64,000 nucleotides of DNA from Gonapodya sp. JEL0774 (taxonomy: Eukaryota): positions 1-64,000 of the forward strand of contig JADIIX010000110.1 in the NCBI GenBank assembly GCA_027604505.1, read 5' to 3'. The position numbers and the translations under genes are program-made. Positions 24,589-36,494 of this stretch are shown here, one piece after another (the first letter of the stretch is position 1; each line of letters begins with the position of its first letter). The notes below the pieces were generated by a model. The model was not told the DNA's origin, ran no database searches, and worked only from the letters and a program-made list of their open reading frames with translations.

Positions 24589-26626
24589 CTACGTTTCTGG
24601 TACTCTCGGAACAGCAACTCCCACCAACATATCACGGGTAATAAGACCTCGCAGCTTCTCCTCTGACCATTCCTCGGTACCTGTTGGTCGTGTCGGAATG
24701 ATGATGTACCGCATGAGTTAAAACGTGGGGGAAAGAGGGGGGAAGAGGAAGTACCTTTTGGTCGTGCTGGAATGACGATGTACCGCATGTCTGCTGTTGA
24801 ATCGCTACACGTGGGGGCAGGTGGTACATTTCACAACTTTTCGCAATGACAATCCCCCCTTCCAAAGCAACTCACTGCACACGCAATTCCACGTCTTCAG
24901 GGACAGTGAGCCCGAAGCTCTCATGCAAAAGACCTCTAGGGTCTGTGACGCACCTGCTTCGACTGTGAAAAGTAGTGACCAGAATGCTCAAACACAAGGA
25001 AAGAACAAGCCTACCCACTAAGAGCGGGACTTGTACCAATCAGGTGGGAGTCCCAACACCGAGCGAGGGTAGCACGAGCAGAGAGTGCATACAATTATCT
25101 GTGGCCAAGAGAATATCAAGTTATCACCTCAAAACAACGACCAGGAGGCACGAGGAAAGAAGGTGCAACGCACGTTGTGGACCTTTTCAGTGTTCTCCAC
25201 GGCCAATAGTTCGGTTTCCAAAGGGACCATGGGAGAAACAGCCTTGACTGCATCCTTCAACAGGAGAGCTTTGAATTCCGGATCCACCCATGCCTTGGCG
25301 ACAATGGTTGGCCCGTATCCTGAAGAGAAATAACAAAACCGATCTGGTTTGTGACAACAGTACACACAGCATGTAACTCATGATATTTCACCTCGCCCCT
25401 CAATTGCGTCCCTTCGTTCGACCAGCTCAGCAAGCTGCGCAGGCGTCGTGATGCCCTTCGTGATGCACGCCGCCAACAGACATTTGGCGAAATGCTCGTC
25501 GGGAGATTCGGGGCCCTCTCGGTCTACCGCCGTCTGTTCAACTTGAACTCGAGACTCGTGGACGTGGGGTGGGCCGCCGTCATGTGAGTGTGCGTGAGCA
25601 CTCTTTGCCTCCGAGTGGGAGTGATCATGGGATGAGTCATGATCGTGGGGTGCAGCGCCGTGAGCGTGCTCGTGGGGACTGTGATGATCGTGGGACCCAG
25701 AGCCGTGAGCGTGCTCGTGGGGACTGTGATGGTCACTTGCTTCGTTTGCGGTGCCTCCATCGATTTCCAACCAGTGCTGATAGATTTCGACATCTATGCT
25801 GTCGTTTTTGGGACCAGGGTAGGCTTTCCAGACCTCGCTCATAGGGAATCGCACCCTGTATAGCGGCTGTACTGCATCTGTGTTCACATTAAACGCAAGT
25901 GCCTCGGGATTTTTGAATACACCACAAACTCGTTCAATGACACCACGGGCGTTGTAGATGTAACCTGGCACTCTCAGATGAGGTTTCCGCCATCGTGATT
26001 TTGTTTGCTCTGGCTTGACTCGGACCATCTGGCCTTCAGAGAAACGAACAGTTGAATCGGAGGCAGGTGGGCCAAGCTGATTATCGAGGTCTGTTTGCGT
26101 CAAAGCGCCACTTTCCAAGAGCATACGACAGATAGAGGCTGCCCATTTTCCTTGAGGTGGGGGTGAAAGGGGGGGGGGAGATGAGCAGAGAGAGGGGAGA
26201 ATTGAATGTTTAACGAACCGTAGTAAGACCAATCTCGGTAAGTCTCCGGTTCAAGCCTATCGCAAATTACATGTATGAGCCACCGGAAACAGAGTGATCG
26301 AAGGGTGACAGACGTACTGTTCAACCCCTCTGCGGAGCATGTCGACGGTCATGTAACCCTTCGCTTGGGCTATTCCACGCAAGGCGTCAATCTGCTTTTC
26401 CCACAGTGCTTTCACATGATTGTCCAGTTTAAGCTCGGGTTCACTTGCGTTAACGGATTCATAAAGATTTGTTGGAGAAATTCAAAAGTGAGCTCACTCT
26501 GTGAGGACAACCCTACCCGTGTCTTGGGACGTGATAAGGAAACCAGAAGTGAGCTCACTCTGTGAAGACAACCCCACCCGTGTCATGGGGTCCACCAGTC
26601 GCTGGATTCCCAGGCCCTTGTAACAT
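24589..26626 (-). CDS. Fused nitrile hydratase (beta subunit, His-rich linker, alpha subunit), cobalt type; 8-9 introns
   Basis: Beta: [54 protein letters not shown]. Linker with 21 His. Alpha: [82 protein letters not shown]...TRDMLVGV. The frame is open through all GT-AG junctions. Confidence 0.95.
24677..24789. repeat. 39-bp direct repeat (35/39 identical, period 74 = intron length) across the last nitrile hydratase intron
   Basis: 24677-24715 vs 24751-24789, aligned by eye. Confidence 0.9.
26486..26589. repeat. 43-bp direct repeat (40/43 identical, period 61) duplicating the exon-1 end and 5' splice site of the nitrile hydratase gene
   Basis: 26486-26528 vs 26547-26589, aligned by eye. 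Confidence 0.9.
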
Positions 26627-26737
26627 TTGTACCCAAAATTCTGAGGTTTCAGGGGCTTCAAACGAGTATAGGAGACGGGGTTTGGGTGCAGCCAGCCGAC
26701 ACACCGTGACCACGGTTACAGGATTACATATCCCGCA

Positions 26738-28153
26738 ATGCATTACACCATTCGCTGGAGCTCGCTCTTACTATTCGTCTTCGGATTGAGCGGCACTCTC
26801 ATAATCCTGAATCGTTCCGTGGATTCGTACCCACTCCTCACCAGAATAAAAAGGGATCCACGCGACTCTGAAGCAATTAACAGGAAAGAATCTCGTGATC
26901 AACAAAGACTGCTTTCTGATCAAATCAACGGACACGGAAACGATTGGAACAGAAGGGATCAGGTTCAGAATGTTGCAGGTACCGATCTTTCCCAAGATCG
27001 ACGCGTCACAGAGCCATCGCCAAAAGCCGATTCTGTATCGAGCGACAAGCAAGCTCGCAAGGAGACATTGATTTCTATCTCAGATCAACCCAAACGCTTC
27101 GCTTACGTGTTTTACGCTGCCGAGGACAATTGTGCGTGGACGAATCATAATTTCAATCGATTTACAATGCCCAACTTCGATTCCAAAACCTAGATGCATG
27201 CTCCGCTCTGCTTAATATCCGGCGTCTCATGCGATTTAGCGCAAGTGGCTCCCCGAGTCGGCACCCGCGAATGAAAGATGCCACCAGCGACAATGAAAAG
27301 GAGATGTCAAGCGACATCGACTATGTTCTCCTTTATGTTACAGGTTTGGTATCGGATCCGCTTCTTGCACGGGCGAAGAGTCTCGGGGTTCGAGCAAAAG
27401 CGGTGGAAACAGTGCAAGGGCCATCCAACGGAATGAGTTACTATCATGATGTTCTTGTGAAGTAAGCGAGGTTCAGAAATTGGCGTCCACTTATTCCAAA
27501 TAATTATTCTCCTCTCTCGTACTCCAGACTGCGGGTGTTCCAACTCACTGAATACGAACGCGTTATATTCATGGACAGTGATACAATCAGTAAGTCATAC
27601 AGCAAGGTTGGGCTATTGTGAGAAGTTGAATCATCATCTCTCTACAGTTTTGAGATCGTTAGATCATCTCTTTGGCCTTCCATCGTGTGATCTTGCCGTG
27701 CCTCGCGCGTACTGGATAAAGCAACCCTTTTTCACCTCCATCCTGCTCATAGTCGAGCCGTCTGAAGGCCTTTGGAATCGCTTGCAGAAGCATATCGATG
27801 AACGAACGGAGAACGCGTACGATATGGACATCTTGTGAGTTGGATCCCGGTTTGGGAAGATCAACGACATTCAATAGATCCCTTTTCACAGAAACGAAGA
27901 ATTCGGCAACGAAGCGCTTATTCTTCCCAACATCTATGGTCTTCTGAACTCACATTGGGAAGTCAATGACACCACTCCTTTTGGAGATTTGGATCGCCTT
28001 TATGAGACTGCCTATTTCGCACACTTTACCGCACTCGGTAAACCTTGGACATACCGACCTGACACTATCGACTCCATGCGTCCGAATGCGCATAAAGTAT
28101 TTCGGATACTTTTCGAGATCTGGTGGGAAGAGCGAGAAGCAGTCGCGTGCTAG
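26738..28153 (+). CDS. Glycosyltransferase family 8 (Gnt1/glycogenin-like), type II membrane protein (multi-exon)
   Basis: N-terminal TM segment; FAYVFYA, KLRVFQLTEYERVIFMDSDT (DxD), LDHLF..P...LAVPRAYW, YDMDILN, HFTALGKPW. Confidence 0.85.
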
Positions 28154-28362
28154 GTCGCCATCCTCACAAACGCGAATACATAAATGGATTAAATTATGTA
28201 AAGACAATTAGACGTCATTGTATAAATTCAAGATGCAATCTCTAGAAGAATCTGTCTCGCGCCACGTTGGCGAAAGGGAAGGTGGAGAAGGACACTCCTC
28301 ATGCAATGTGAAGATTCACCACAAACCCAAACTTTTCGTCATCACACCAGCCGCGCCCTCAC

Positions 28363-30375
28363 ATGAATGATAAAACTCTGATAAGAGATGCTCTTTGCGC
28401 CCCCAAATCACCTCTTGAGGAAGAGATCGTCGATGTGGACCTCCTCGACTTGCTCAATGGCACTGACCTCCAACCAGTTGATCCAAGACCTGTCGCAGTT
28501 TCCGCGGAGCGAGCGCGAAATCCGGATAGCCACCATCGTCGGCAGAGGAAACGAGTATCACAACGAGCTCCCGCCGCCCCTAATCCCAAAATTTCGGAAA
28601 CGGAGGAGCCCACTGAATATGAAGTGAGCCAGAAATACAGAGCCCGACAGCTTGTACGACGATTTCATCGATTTCGCTCTACAGGTAGAGGCTATCAAGG
28701 GTAAGAAGGTGGAGAAGGTTGGGGGGAAGGTTAGTATGGGACCGCGATTTCGATTCTGCAATTTTACGACGATTTTGACGATGTGTTCAAGGCAAAAACT
28801 TTCTATTTGGTAATGTGGAAAGGATATGACCGGAACCATGACACATGGGAGGTGAGTGGACCGCAAATTTTGGTTTGTCGATTTACTTGTCATGTGGCCC
28901 TACGAAAAACCAGGTGGCTGCCAACCTCGCGGGCTCACCTGAGCTTGTCAACAAGTTTGAGAGAGTTTGGAAGCTGAAGCAAAGGACGGAAATCAAGTAT
29001 GGAGTGCTGGAACACCCAGTCAGTTTGTCCTCGGGGGAGGAGGACTCGGACGACGATGTCACGGTCCACTCTTTCGACTCGTTGGAGTCGGCGGGTACGG
29101 AAAAAACCGCGTCCACGAGTGAACCACGGCGTCGGTCGACAAAGAGGACGTCCAAGGGAAAGGAAATGGTATGTCTTATGTCGTTCTGATTTGCGTCAGG
29201 TTATAACTGATCCGTTTCGCGGTAAATTTTGCATCTAGGCGGTGGATGCTCCTCCAAGCTCTGCGGCTGAGGCTCGTGCGGCTCATTCCGAGGGTGTCCC
29301 CCGACGTTTTCCCCTTGTTGGTGGCGGGTATCGGTTGGATCTATCGCACCCACCTTCTGACCTAACGAATCAGCAGCGAGAGTGGCTAGTGGTGCTGGAA
29401 GGGGCTAAACTTGAGGCAGGTCGGACCTATGTGGCAAATGAATTCGACTTAGATGGTCCTCCCGACCACTTCACCTACATCACGGACCTCGAGTTTGCCA
29501 AGGGCATTGAGCGACCCTCCTCTCAATTTCTGGCAGGATGCGCGTGTGAGGCTTGTGATGTCGCGCACCCTGAGGCTTGTGATTGTCTCAAAGAGGACGA
29601 GATGAACAGTTTCGCCTACACAGCCACAGGGAAACTCATACGAAATAAAGGATGTGCCATTTTCGAATGCAATGTCAATTGCGCTTGCAATGTGGATCGA
29701 TGCTGTAATCGTGTGGTTCAGAAGGGCCGAGTCGTTGATCTCGAAATATTCAAATCCGACACAGACAAAGGCTGGGGTGTTCGTGCCCGGCAAGCGATAT
29801 CCAAAGGGACTTTTGTATCCGAGTACGTTGGAGTCGTCATCAAAAGAGCGACATATCAAAGGAAGACTCTGGAGAATCCCTACGACCCATCGGTGAACTA
29901 TGTGTTCGATATGGATTTCTTTGAACAACCCGTGAGCATCCGGCAGACTCGGTTGCTTTTTATTGTGCCAACTTCCTCGTTCTACCAGAAACATGCCATT
30001 GACGCATACGCTCGGGGCAATATCTCCCGCTTTTTGAATCATTCCTGCGAGTCGAATCTTCATGTACAAACCGTGTTTACAGACACAATCGCTGGAGATC
30101 TGCACCGTCTCGCGTTTTTTGCGTCGCGAGATATCGAAGATGGTGAAGAGCTGACTTTCGATTATCAGGGCGTGTGGGCAGCCTACGGGGATGAGGCGGA
30201 CGATGAGGAGCCGAGTGGCTTGAAGAAGCGGAAGAAAGCCGGGAATACTACCAGTCCCGTCAAGAAGCGCAAGAAATCGACGAAAGCAAAATCAGCGGGC
30301 GAGTCTTCAACCTCAAGAAATAGGAGCTGCATGTGTGGGAGTCAAAACTGCAGAAAAACATTGTGGTTCTCTTAG
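28363..30375 (+). CDS. clr4: Histone H3K9 methyltransferase Clr4/SUV39 type (chromodomain + pre-SET + SET + post-SET; multi-exon)
   Basis: EYEVEAI...YLVMWKGY...DTWE chromodomain; Cys-rich pre-SET, CCNRVVQKG, KGWGVRA, RFLNHSC, ELTFDY, CMCGSQNCRK. Confidence 0.9.
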
Positions 30376-30471
30376 TGGTGTTTCATAGTGGTATTGACAT
30401 CTGATTTGATTATATGATTCATTTTCTTCTGTCCCCTATATTTGTGCACTGGAACTCGGGGAGGGGACGGG

Positions 30472-32289
30472 ATGAAAGAGAACTCAATGTCTTTCAGCCA
30501 ACAAATCAATGCACCGTTGGATGAACAATTCGAGCAGGGGATCCGCATCATACGAGATGCGTATCAGAAGCGGGTCAGTTTCTATAAGCGAAAGAAGGAC
30601 GGATTCCAGGAGGACCCGTTCGATCCAACGATTGTCGATCGAATCACCAAGGCCAGATCCAAGGATGAACTGATACGTGCTCGTAGACTATATGAGTGTC
30701 CACTTTGGACTCCGGGGAATGTCGCGTGTGTGTTGAAATCGATACGCGTGGAACGGAACACGCAACCAGAACCGAGCCCACCCGCCGAATCATATATCTT
30801 GGATGTCAACTTTCGCATCTTGATATGGTTGAACTGCTTGATGAAGCTTTGTTGGCTGATCAGCTCCGAATCCTGTGTTGTTCCCTTTCCCGCAACGAAG
30901 CTCGCAAACAAGGACGCCGAAGTGCTCCACTTGCGATCGGAATCAATGAAAAAAGACACGGAGATCAAAAGTGAGCAGCCGTCGCTTCGGAATTGTGGAT
31001 TGCACCCTCTCATCAGGGAACAATCCTAACCCCATTTGCCCAGACTACCAGCTGCGTACATCCCAGCTGGAAATGCAACTGTCACGGTATGCGAGCTTTA
31101 CGTCAGTTGCATACACAACTGTGATCCCGGACTCACGACTTCACCACACCCGCGTCACGTGAAAGAGCTGACAAACGAATCGCCGAGCTCACCCGCTCTG
31201 CCCACAAGCTTGCGTCATTTAAACAATCTGTGCTGCAATCCTTTGCTGAAGAGGATCTTGAAGATGTGCGAGACCGGGTATTGAACGGAGCCGGTGGCGC
31301 GGCTGGAACTGACGCTGTGGACGATATTTTGGAGAGGGTTAAGGGGTTCGGGGGTAGTGGAGAGTTTTTGGGCGGTATTGTGAGCACTCTTTGGTTTTTC
31401 TTGCAATGGATTCGTGTTTTTCGGCAGTGGAGACGTGGGGACTCACTTCGTCGTGCCGCGCGTGTGGTCAGAACTTCCAGGACCAAGCACACCCTAGCCC
31501 AGCGCGAACACTAGAAAATCCCGCTTCGCTCGATCAGTGAGTAGACCAAACACCTTCACCTTCACTTTGCTTCCCTGACTTTCCATCCACATTCCACGAC
31601 GCACATACTCTTCCCGCCCGACCTCCCACCGCGACCAGGCTCACCCAACCCTTCCTCGCCTCACCCCCAAAATACGTCTCCCCATCTCGCTATTCGAGTC
31701 CACCCGAACACCCCGTCCCCTCCACCATGGCCATTCCCAATTCCACCGGTGGACGGCCACACCAGCAATCACCTCACCAGAAACCGCCCGCGTACGAAGG
31801 CGGTAGCGGTGGTGGTCGTGGAGGTGCAGGAGGGAGGAACACGAACGCCACGGTGCTCGGGACGGGAGTGGGCGGCGGCGGCGGTGGTGACGAGACCGGG
31901 GGTACGCCGAGGCCTGCGGGCCCCAAGGGGCAGAACACGGTGGATGGGAGGGAGTTCTTCAAGACAGCCAGGAGCGTGTTGTCGTACGATGAGGTGGGTG
32001 CGGAGTGGAACATCGTTCGCTATTGGTGTTTCTCACTCTGTGCCTCTCAACCCCCCTGACCCGTGACCCTCCCCAACCCCACTCCGCCCCTTCCGCCCCT
32101 TGGCCACGCCACCAGTTCACCCAACTCCTCACAAACGTCAAAGCCTACAACAACCGTGAACAGAGCCGGCACCGCACGCTGGAGAACACTCGCGCTCTGC
32201 TGGGAACGAAGCACCAGGACGTGTTCGAAAACTTTGGAAGGCTGTTGGGGGTGGGTGCAGCAGGGGTGGGGATCGGTGCGGGGCAGTAA
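30472..32289 (+). CDS. At4g15545-like coiled-coil protein (multi-exon)
   Basis: N-terminal coiled coil, KLASFKQSVLQSF, and C-terminal VDGREFFKTARSVLSYDE/FTQLLTNVKAYNNREQSR, recalled as characteristic of this family. Confidence 0.65.
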
Positions 32290-32665
32290 CGGGTCGGCTC
32301 TGTATGTGGTGGATGGGTGGAGAGGGGAACGGGGAGGGTGGAAGGATTTCCTCTTTTTGATTCGTTCTTCGATTCTTTTTTTTGCTGTGTGCTTTTGTAT
32401 TCTGTTGATTTTGGTGGTTGTGAGTGGGGTAGGGTGTCAAACGTTCCGTACTGTGTTGTTGAAACTGGGATACCCTGTTCGCCGCGAACAGTTTTGCATT
32501 CACTTTGTACCTTAACGCACTTTTAGAAGAGATGACTCTGTATTGTGTTTCGAGGGAATGTCCATGATACCATGGGTTGTTGACAGATTCTCTTTCGTGT
32601 TCTGACTATTATCACCTTGACACACCCTTATTGTCTTCACAAACGCGTATCCAACGCGGATTGTT

Positions 32666-35227
32666 TCACTCCACCCCATCGTACACCGAAATCGCTTTGT
32701 TGTCCAGCCCTGCCTTGATCTTTGCCGCCATGGCTTGCAGGCGGGCCTTCTCGGGGTACGGCGTGCCGGCGAGAGGGTAGTCCAGACCGAGTTCTTTCCA
32801 TTTCTGGGACAAGGCAAGGTATAGGGTGGGTTTCGGAATGTGTGATCCGTCAGTTCCACACTCCACCACCGTCTGACCACCACCGACAGCCCCCTTCCCC
32901 CCCCAACCCGCCCCCCGCACCCCCAACCCACATGCTCCCCCAACGTATGATAGGGCAGCAACTCGACCCTCTCGCACCCCTTCCCCCGTGTGTTGATCAT
33001 CTCCACCAGCTCGTCCACGTCCGTCTCGCGGTCCGTGAGGCCCGGGACGACCACGTAGCGGCACCACCAGGGGATCCGGCGCTCGTCGAGGTTGGAAATG
33101 AAGGCGTGGAGGCGGGAGAAGGAGCGGGAGGGGGTTTGGGTGATGTGGGAGTAGGTGGTGGGGTTGGTGCCTTTGATGCCTGGAGGGGCGGGGCGGCGGG
33201 GGCGGTGGGGCAAGGGGCAAGGGGGAAACCGGGAGCGGGGCAACGACAGGGCAAACACAACACGGGTCAGGCTCGTCTTTGGGCCCGAATAAAGCTCAGA
33301 CACCTTGTCTCTTCCCCCGCTCTGACAAGCTCCAGTGACCGACGACTCTTTGGTTCCCCCGCATCCCCTTGCCTCCTTCACCTCTCCTCACCCCCCCTTC
33401 ACCCTCCCTGCCCCCCCGCCCCCCGCCACCCAACCCCCCAACCCCCCAACCCACACAACAACACCAAATCCGTCCACGGCAACACCGTCTCCACGGCCCT
33501 CCTGGTGCCCAACCCGGTGGTCTCCACACACGTGTGCAGCCCGAGCTCCCTTTTGGCCGCGTACAAGAAGGCCGCGAGGAAATCGTGCTGGACCAGCGGG
33601 TCCCCGCCAGACACGGTCACGCCCCCGGAACCTACGGAGCGGGTGTAGTAGGGGAGGAGGCGGCGGGCGTGGGAGATGAGTTGGGAGACGGGCTGGGGGG
33701 GGGGGGGAGGGGGCANNNNNNNNNNGCCCCCCCCCCCCCCCCCCCGCGCGGCGCGTGCGCCCCGCCCCCGCCCCCGCCGCGCGCCCCCTCTCCCGGCCCG
33801 GGCGGGGGGGGGGGGGGGAGGGGGCAGAAGGCCCCGGACAAAAAACAGGCACACGTGCACGTCTGTCCCCACAAGCACACAATCGGGGCGAACCCGGTGG
33901 GCGTATCTAGTGGGGTGGGGGGCATTGCGCCGTCGTGGTGGCGTGGGGTTCAGTGCGTTGGGAGGAGCTCCACAGCGGCCTCAAGGACGAGAACGTGAAA
34001 AGATAGAAATAGGCGCACACGACGGCACGAGCATTGAAAAGAATGGCCCCAGCACAGAAAATCCCAAACCCACGCACCACAACCAAAAGGAATCGAAAAC
34101 CACATCCGCAACCGCGACCATAACCACACACAAAATCCGAAACCAAAACCAAAACCAAAACCAGAAACCCGAAACCAAAATAATAATCCCAAAGCAAAAC
34201 CACAATTGAAACCTAAATACAAACCACAACCAAACCACACCAAACAAACCAAACCCCAACACCAAACGCCAAACAAACCAAGCGCACCCAAATCAAAACC
34301 CCCCTACCCCCTACCCACTAATGCCCCACAAACAAACAATAACCACCACTCACGGTCAACTTCCCTCCCTTTTGCACGTCCCACGTGTCGGGGTTCTCGC
34401 AGTAGAGGCATCGGCACATGCAGCCTGGGAGTGAGGAGTGGGATTGGGGACGGGGGAGTGGGGATGAGGGGGATAAAATGAGTGTTGTGTTGGTCTTTCT
34501 CGGATGGGCAAGCCGGGACAATCTCCCCCAAAAAAAACAAGGGGTTCATTTGGTCCACATGGGCATCTCCGGCGCATCAGGCCCATATGGGCCGCTCCGG
34601 CAGCATCAGGCCCCATATGGACCGCTCACTCACTCACACTGCGGGGCAAAAATAAGCCCGAAAAGCCCGCCATCATCTCACTGACGTTGCTCGCACAAAC
34701 TGTCTGTCCATCAACAAAAAGGCAAGCGAGAGAGGCTCACCGGTCAAGAAGACGAGGAACCTGTTTCCGGGCCCCTCGAGGGAGCCCATGGACTCGGTGG
34801 AGTGGACGTAGCCCTGTACGTCCAAATAGTTGACAGCGGGCAAGGAGGGGTCGAATATGGGGTGAGAGGGGTCGTCGTGGGCGGGGTGGGAGAAGGCGAG
34901 GGCGTCGGGTGATGTGGCGGGGATGGGGGTGCGGAGGTGGGGGGAGACGGAGACGGGGTCGAGGTGGGAGGCGGGTGGTGGGATTGGGGAAGGGAGGGAA
35001 GGAGGAGAAGGGGAGGGAGGGGGCTCGTGAGCGAGGTGGATGGCGTGCGGGGAGAGAGGGATGATTTGCGGTGTGGAAGTGGGGGCAGGGGCGGAGCGAG
35101 AGAGGGGAGAAGAGGAGAGGAGGCGGAGGGATGAGGAGGGGGGGATGAGATTGGAGTTGGGGGGGTGGATGAGAGCGGAGAGGGAGCGGGATGCGCGGGG
35201 GGAGAGAGCGAGTGCGGATGCTTTCAT
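32666..35227 (-). CDS. pflA: Pyruvate formate-lyase activating enzyme (radical SAM) with long presequence-like N-terminus (5 exons; spans an N gap)
   Basis: GYVHSTESMGSLEGPGNRFLVFLTG/CMCRCLYCENPDTW (CxxxCxxC), GGVTVSGGDPLVQ, LHTCVET, RYVVVPGLTD, VELLPYHTLGEH/KWKELGLDYPL. Confidence 0.95.
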
Positions 35228-36494
35228 CTGTGCACCAAAGAAGGAATCAGGAAAGGGGGAAAGGGGGAAAGGGGGAATGGATTTGATGGGAACAGACAGC
35301 GCTGATGGTCCGACCTATTCTAACCTGTGCAGGTGGTAGTATGGGGTAGTATTGGGTAGTATGGGGTAGTACGGGGTGGGTGAGTCACGGGGTGTCACAA
35401 TCGCACCCCGCCATCAGCAACTCCCCCTCCGCCCCCCCGCTCTCCACTCTCAGTTCCCATCCGCACACGTTCAATTCCCGCTCTCCACTCTCTCCCTCTC
35501 TCTCCATTTTTTTTGTTCTCCCCTGCTTTCCATCTCCCCTCTCTCTTCCCCTTGTTCTTCTCTGGCTGTGGTCAAATGACTCACCAGCCCTCCCCTTCTG
35601 CCCGCCCGGCTCAAACCGCGTGTCCTTGATTGCACTCCTCTCAATACTTATCATCCTCGCCTTTTCCCCTTTCTCTCTTCCTCATTCTCTTCCTTTTATA
35701 TTCCTTCCTTCTCTCTCAACCCCCCTCTCCATGCTCAATTCAATTCTCCCTTCTCACTCTTCCATCCATTTCAATTCTATCGCTCCTCTCGCCGCTGCTC
35801 TCATCCCCCATCCTCCTTCCCCTATTCAATCTTATCCATCTCTCATCTCTCGTCTTCCTCGTCCTCTTCTCCCGCCGCCAAAGCCCTTCATCCCTCGCTC
35901 TGTCCTCTCCTCCTCCCCATTCTCATCATCCCCATCATTCAAGGTACGTCTATACAACTCTCACACCCCCATTTTAAACCCCCTTTCCCCAGCACTCTCT
36001 CTCCCTCTCTCGCACTCTCTATCCATCCACCCATCGCTTTCAGGACGCACAGCCCATCCCGATGACTCACCGGGCAACGGGTGGGTCGGGCACACCCCCG
36101 CCATCAGCACTCCCCCCGCTTTCAAATAATTGCACACATGTGCACGGACCACTCTCATGACTTTATGACTCATGGTCCGCAGGAACTCGGGATGCGAGGA
36201 GCTGTTTGGGAGATTTATCAATGGGCTGCGACTTTGTGTCGCCTGTTTTATTCGGGAGACGCTTTTTATTTTCAGTTCACCCTTGGCCTCTTCTGATCCT
36301 CACACAACTTTCTCTTTCTCTTCCCTCAAACTCTACTCCGCCCTTCTTGCTCTCATCCATCTCCAATCTCACTCCAAACAACACACTCAATCCCGCCTCG
36401 CCTCCTTCTCACACCTGCTTCACCCTTCACCCCTCAAACCAAACCCTACCCAACACCAACATCTACCCCGGTCCCAACCCTAATCCTCCCAAAG
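35228..36494. promoter_or_regulatory. Divergent pflA/pflB control region with four TGA(C/G)TCA sites, a duplicated CACCCCGCCATCAGCA module and a 10-bp tandem repeat
   Basis: TGASTCA at 35381, 35577, 36063, 36166; module at ~35404 and ~36093; (GGTAGTATGG)x4 at 35335-35376. Function is inferred. Confidence 0.5.

Noticed and set aside
33221..33360. Possible structured RNA (ZTP/'pfl' riboswitch or ribozyme) in a pflA intron, closed by a GGGGGAACC/GGTTTCCCC stem
   Set aside because: I could not find the ZTP riboswitch or hammerhead core motifs; the stem is explained by the general G-5'/C-3' intron polarity. An Rfam/Infernal scan would be decisive.
33695..33830. Extreme G/C tracts beside N gaps (also 1-45, 16691-16755, 51255-51365)
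   Set aside because: Likely low-quality read ends after homopolymers; not interpretable as G-quadruplex elements or coding sequence.
34060..34300. (AAAACC)n-like tract resembling telomeric repeat
   Set aside because: Irregular and intronic; it is the G/T-rich 5' part of pflA intron 2 read on the opposite strand.
34568..34627. ~29-bp tandem duplication containing CCCATATGG in pflA intron 1
   Set aside because: Two copies only, no spacers or cas genes; not CRISPR and no evident function.
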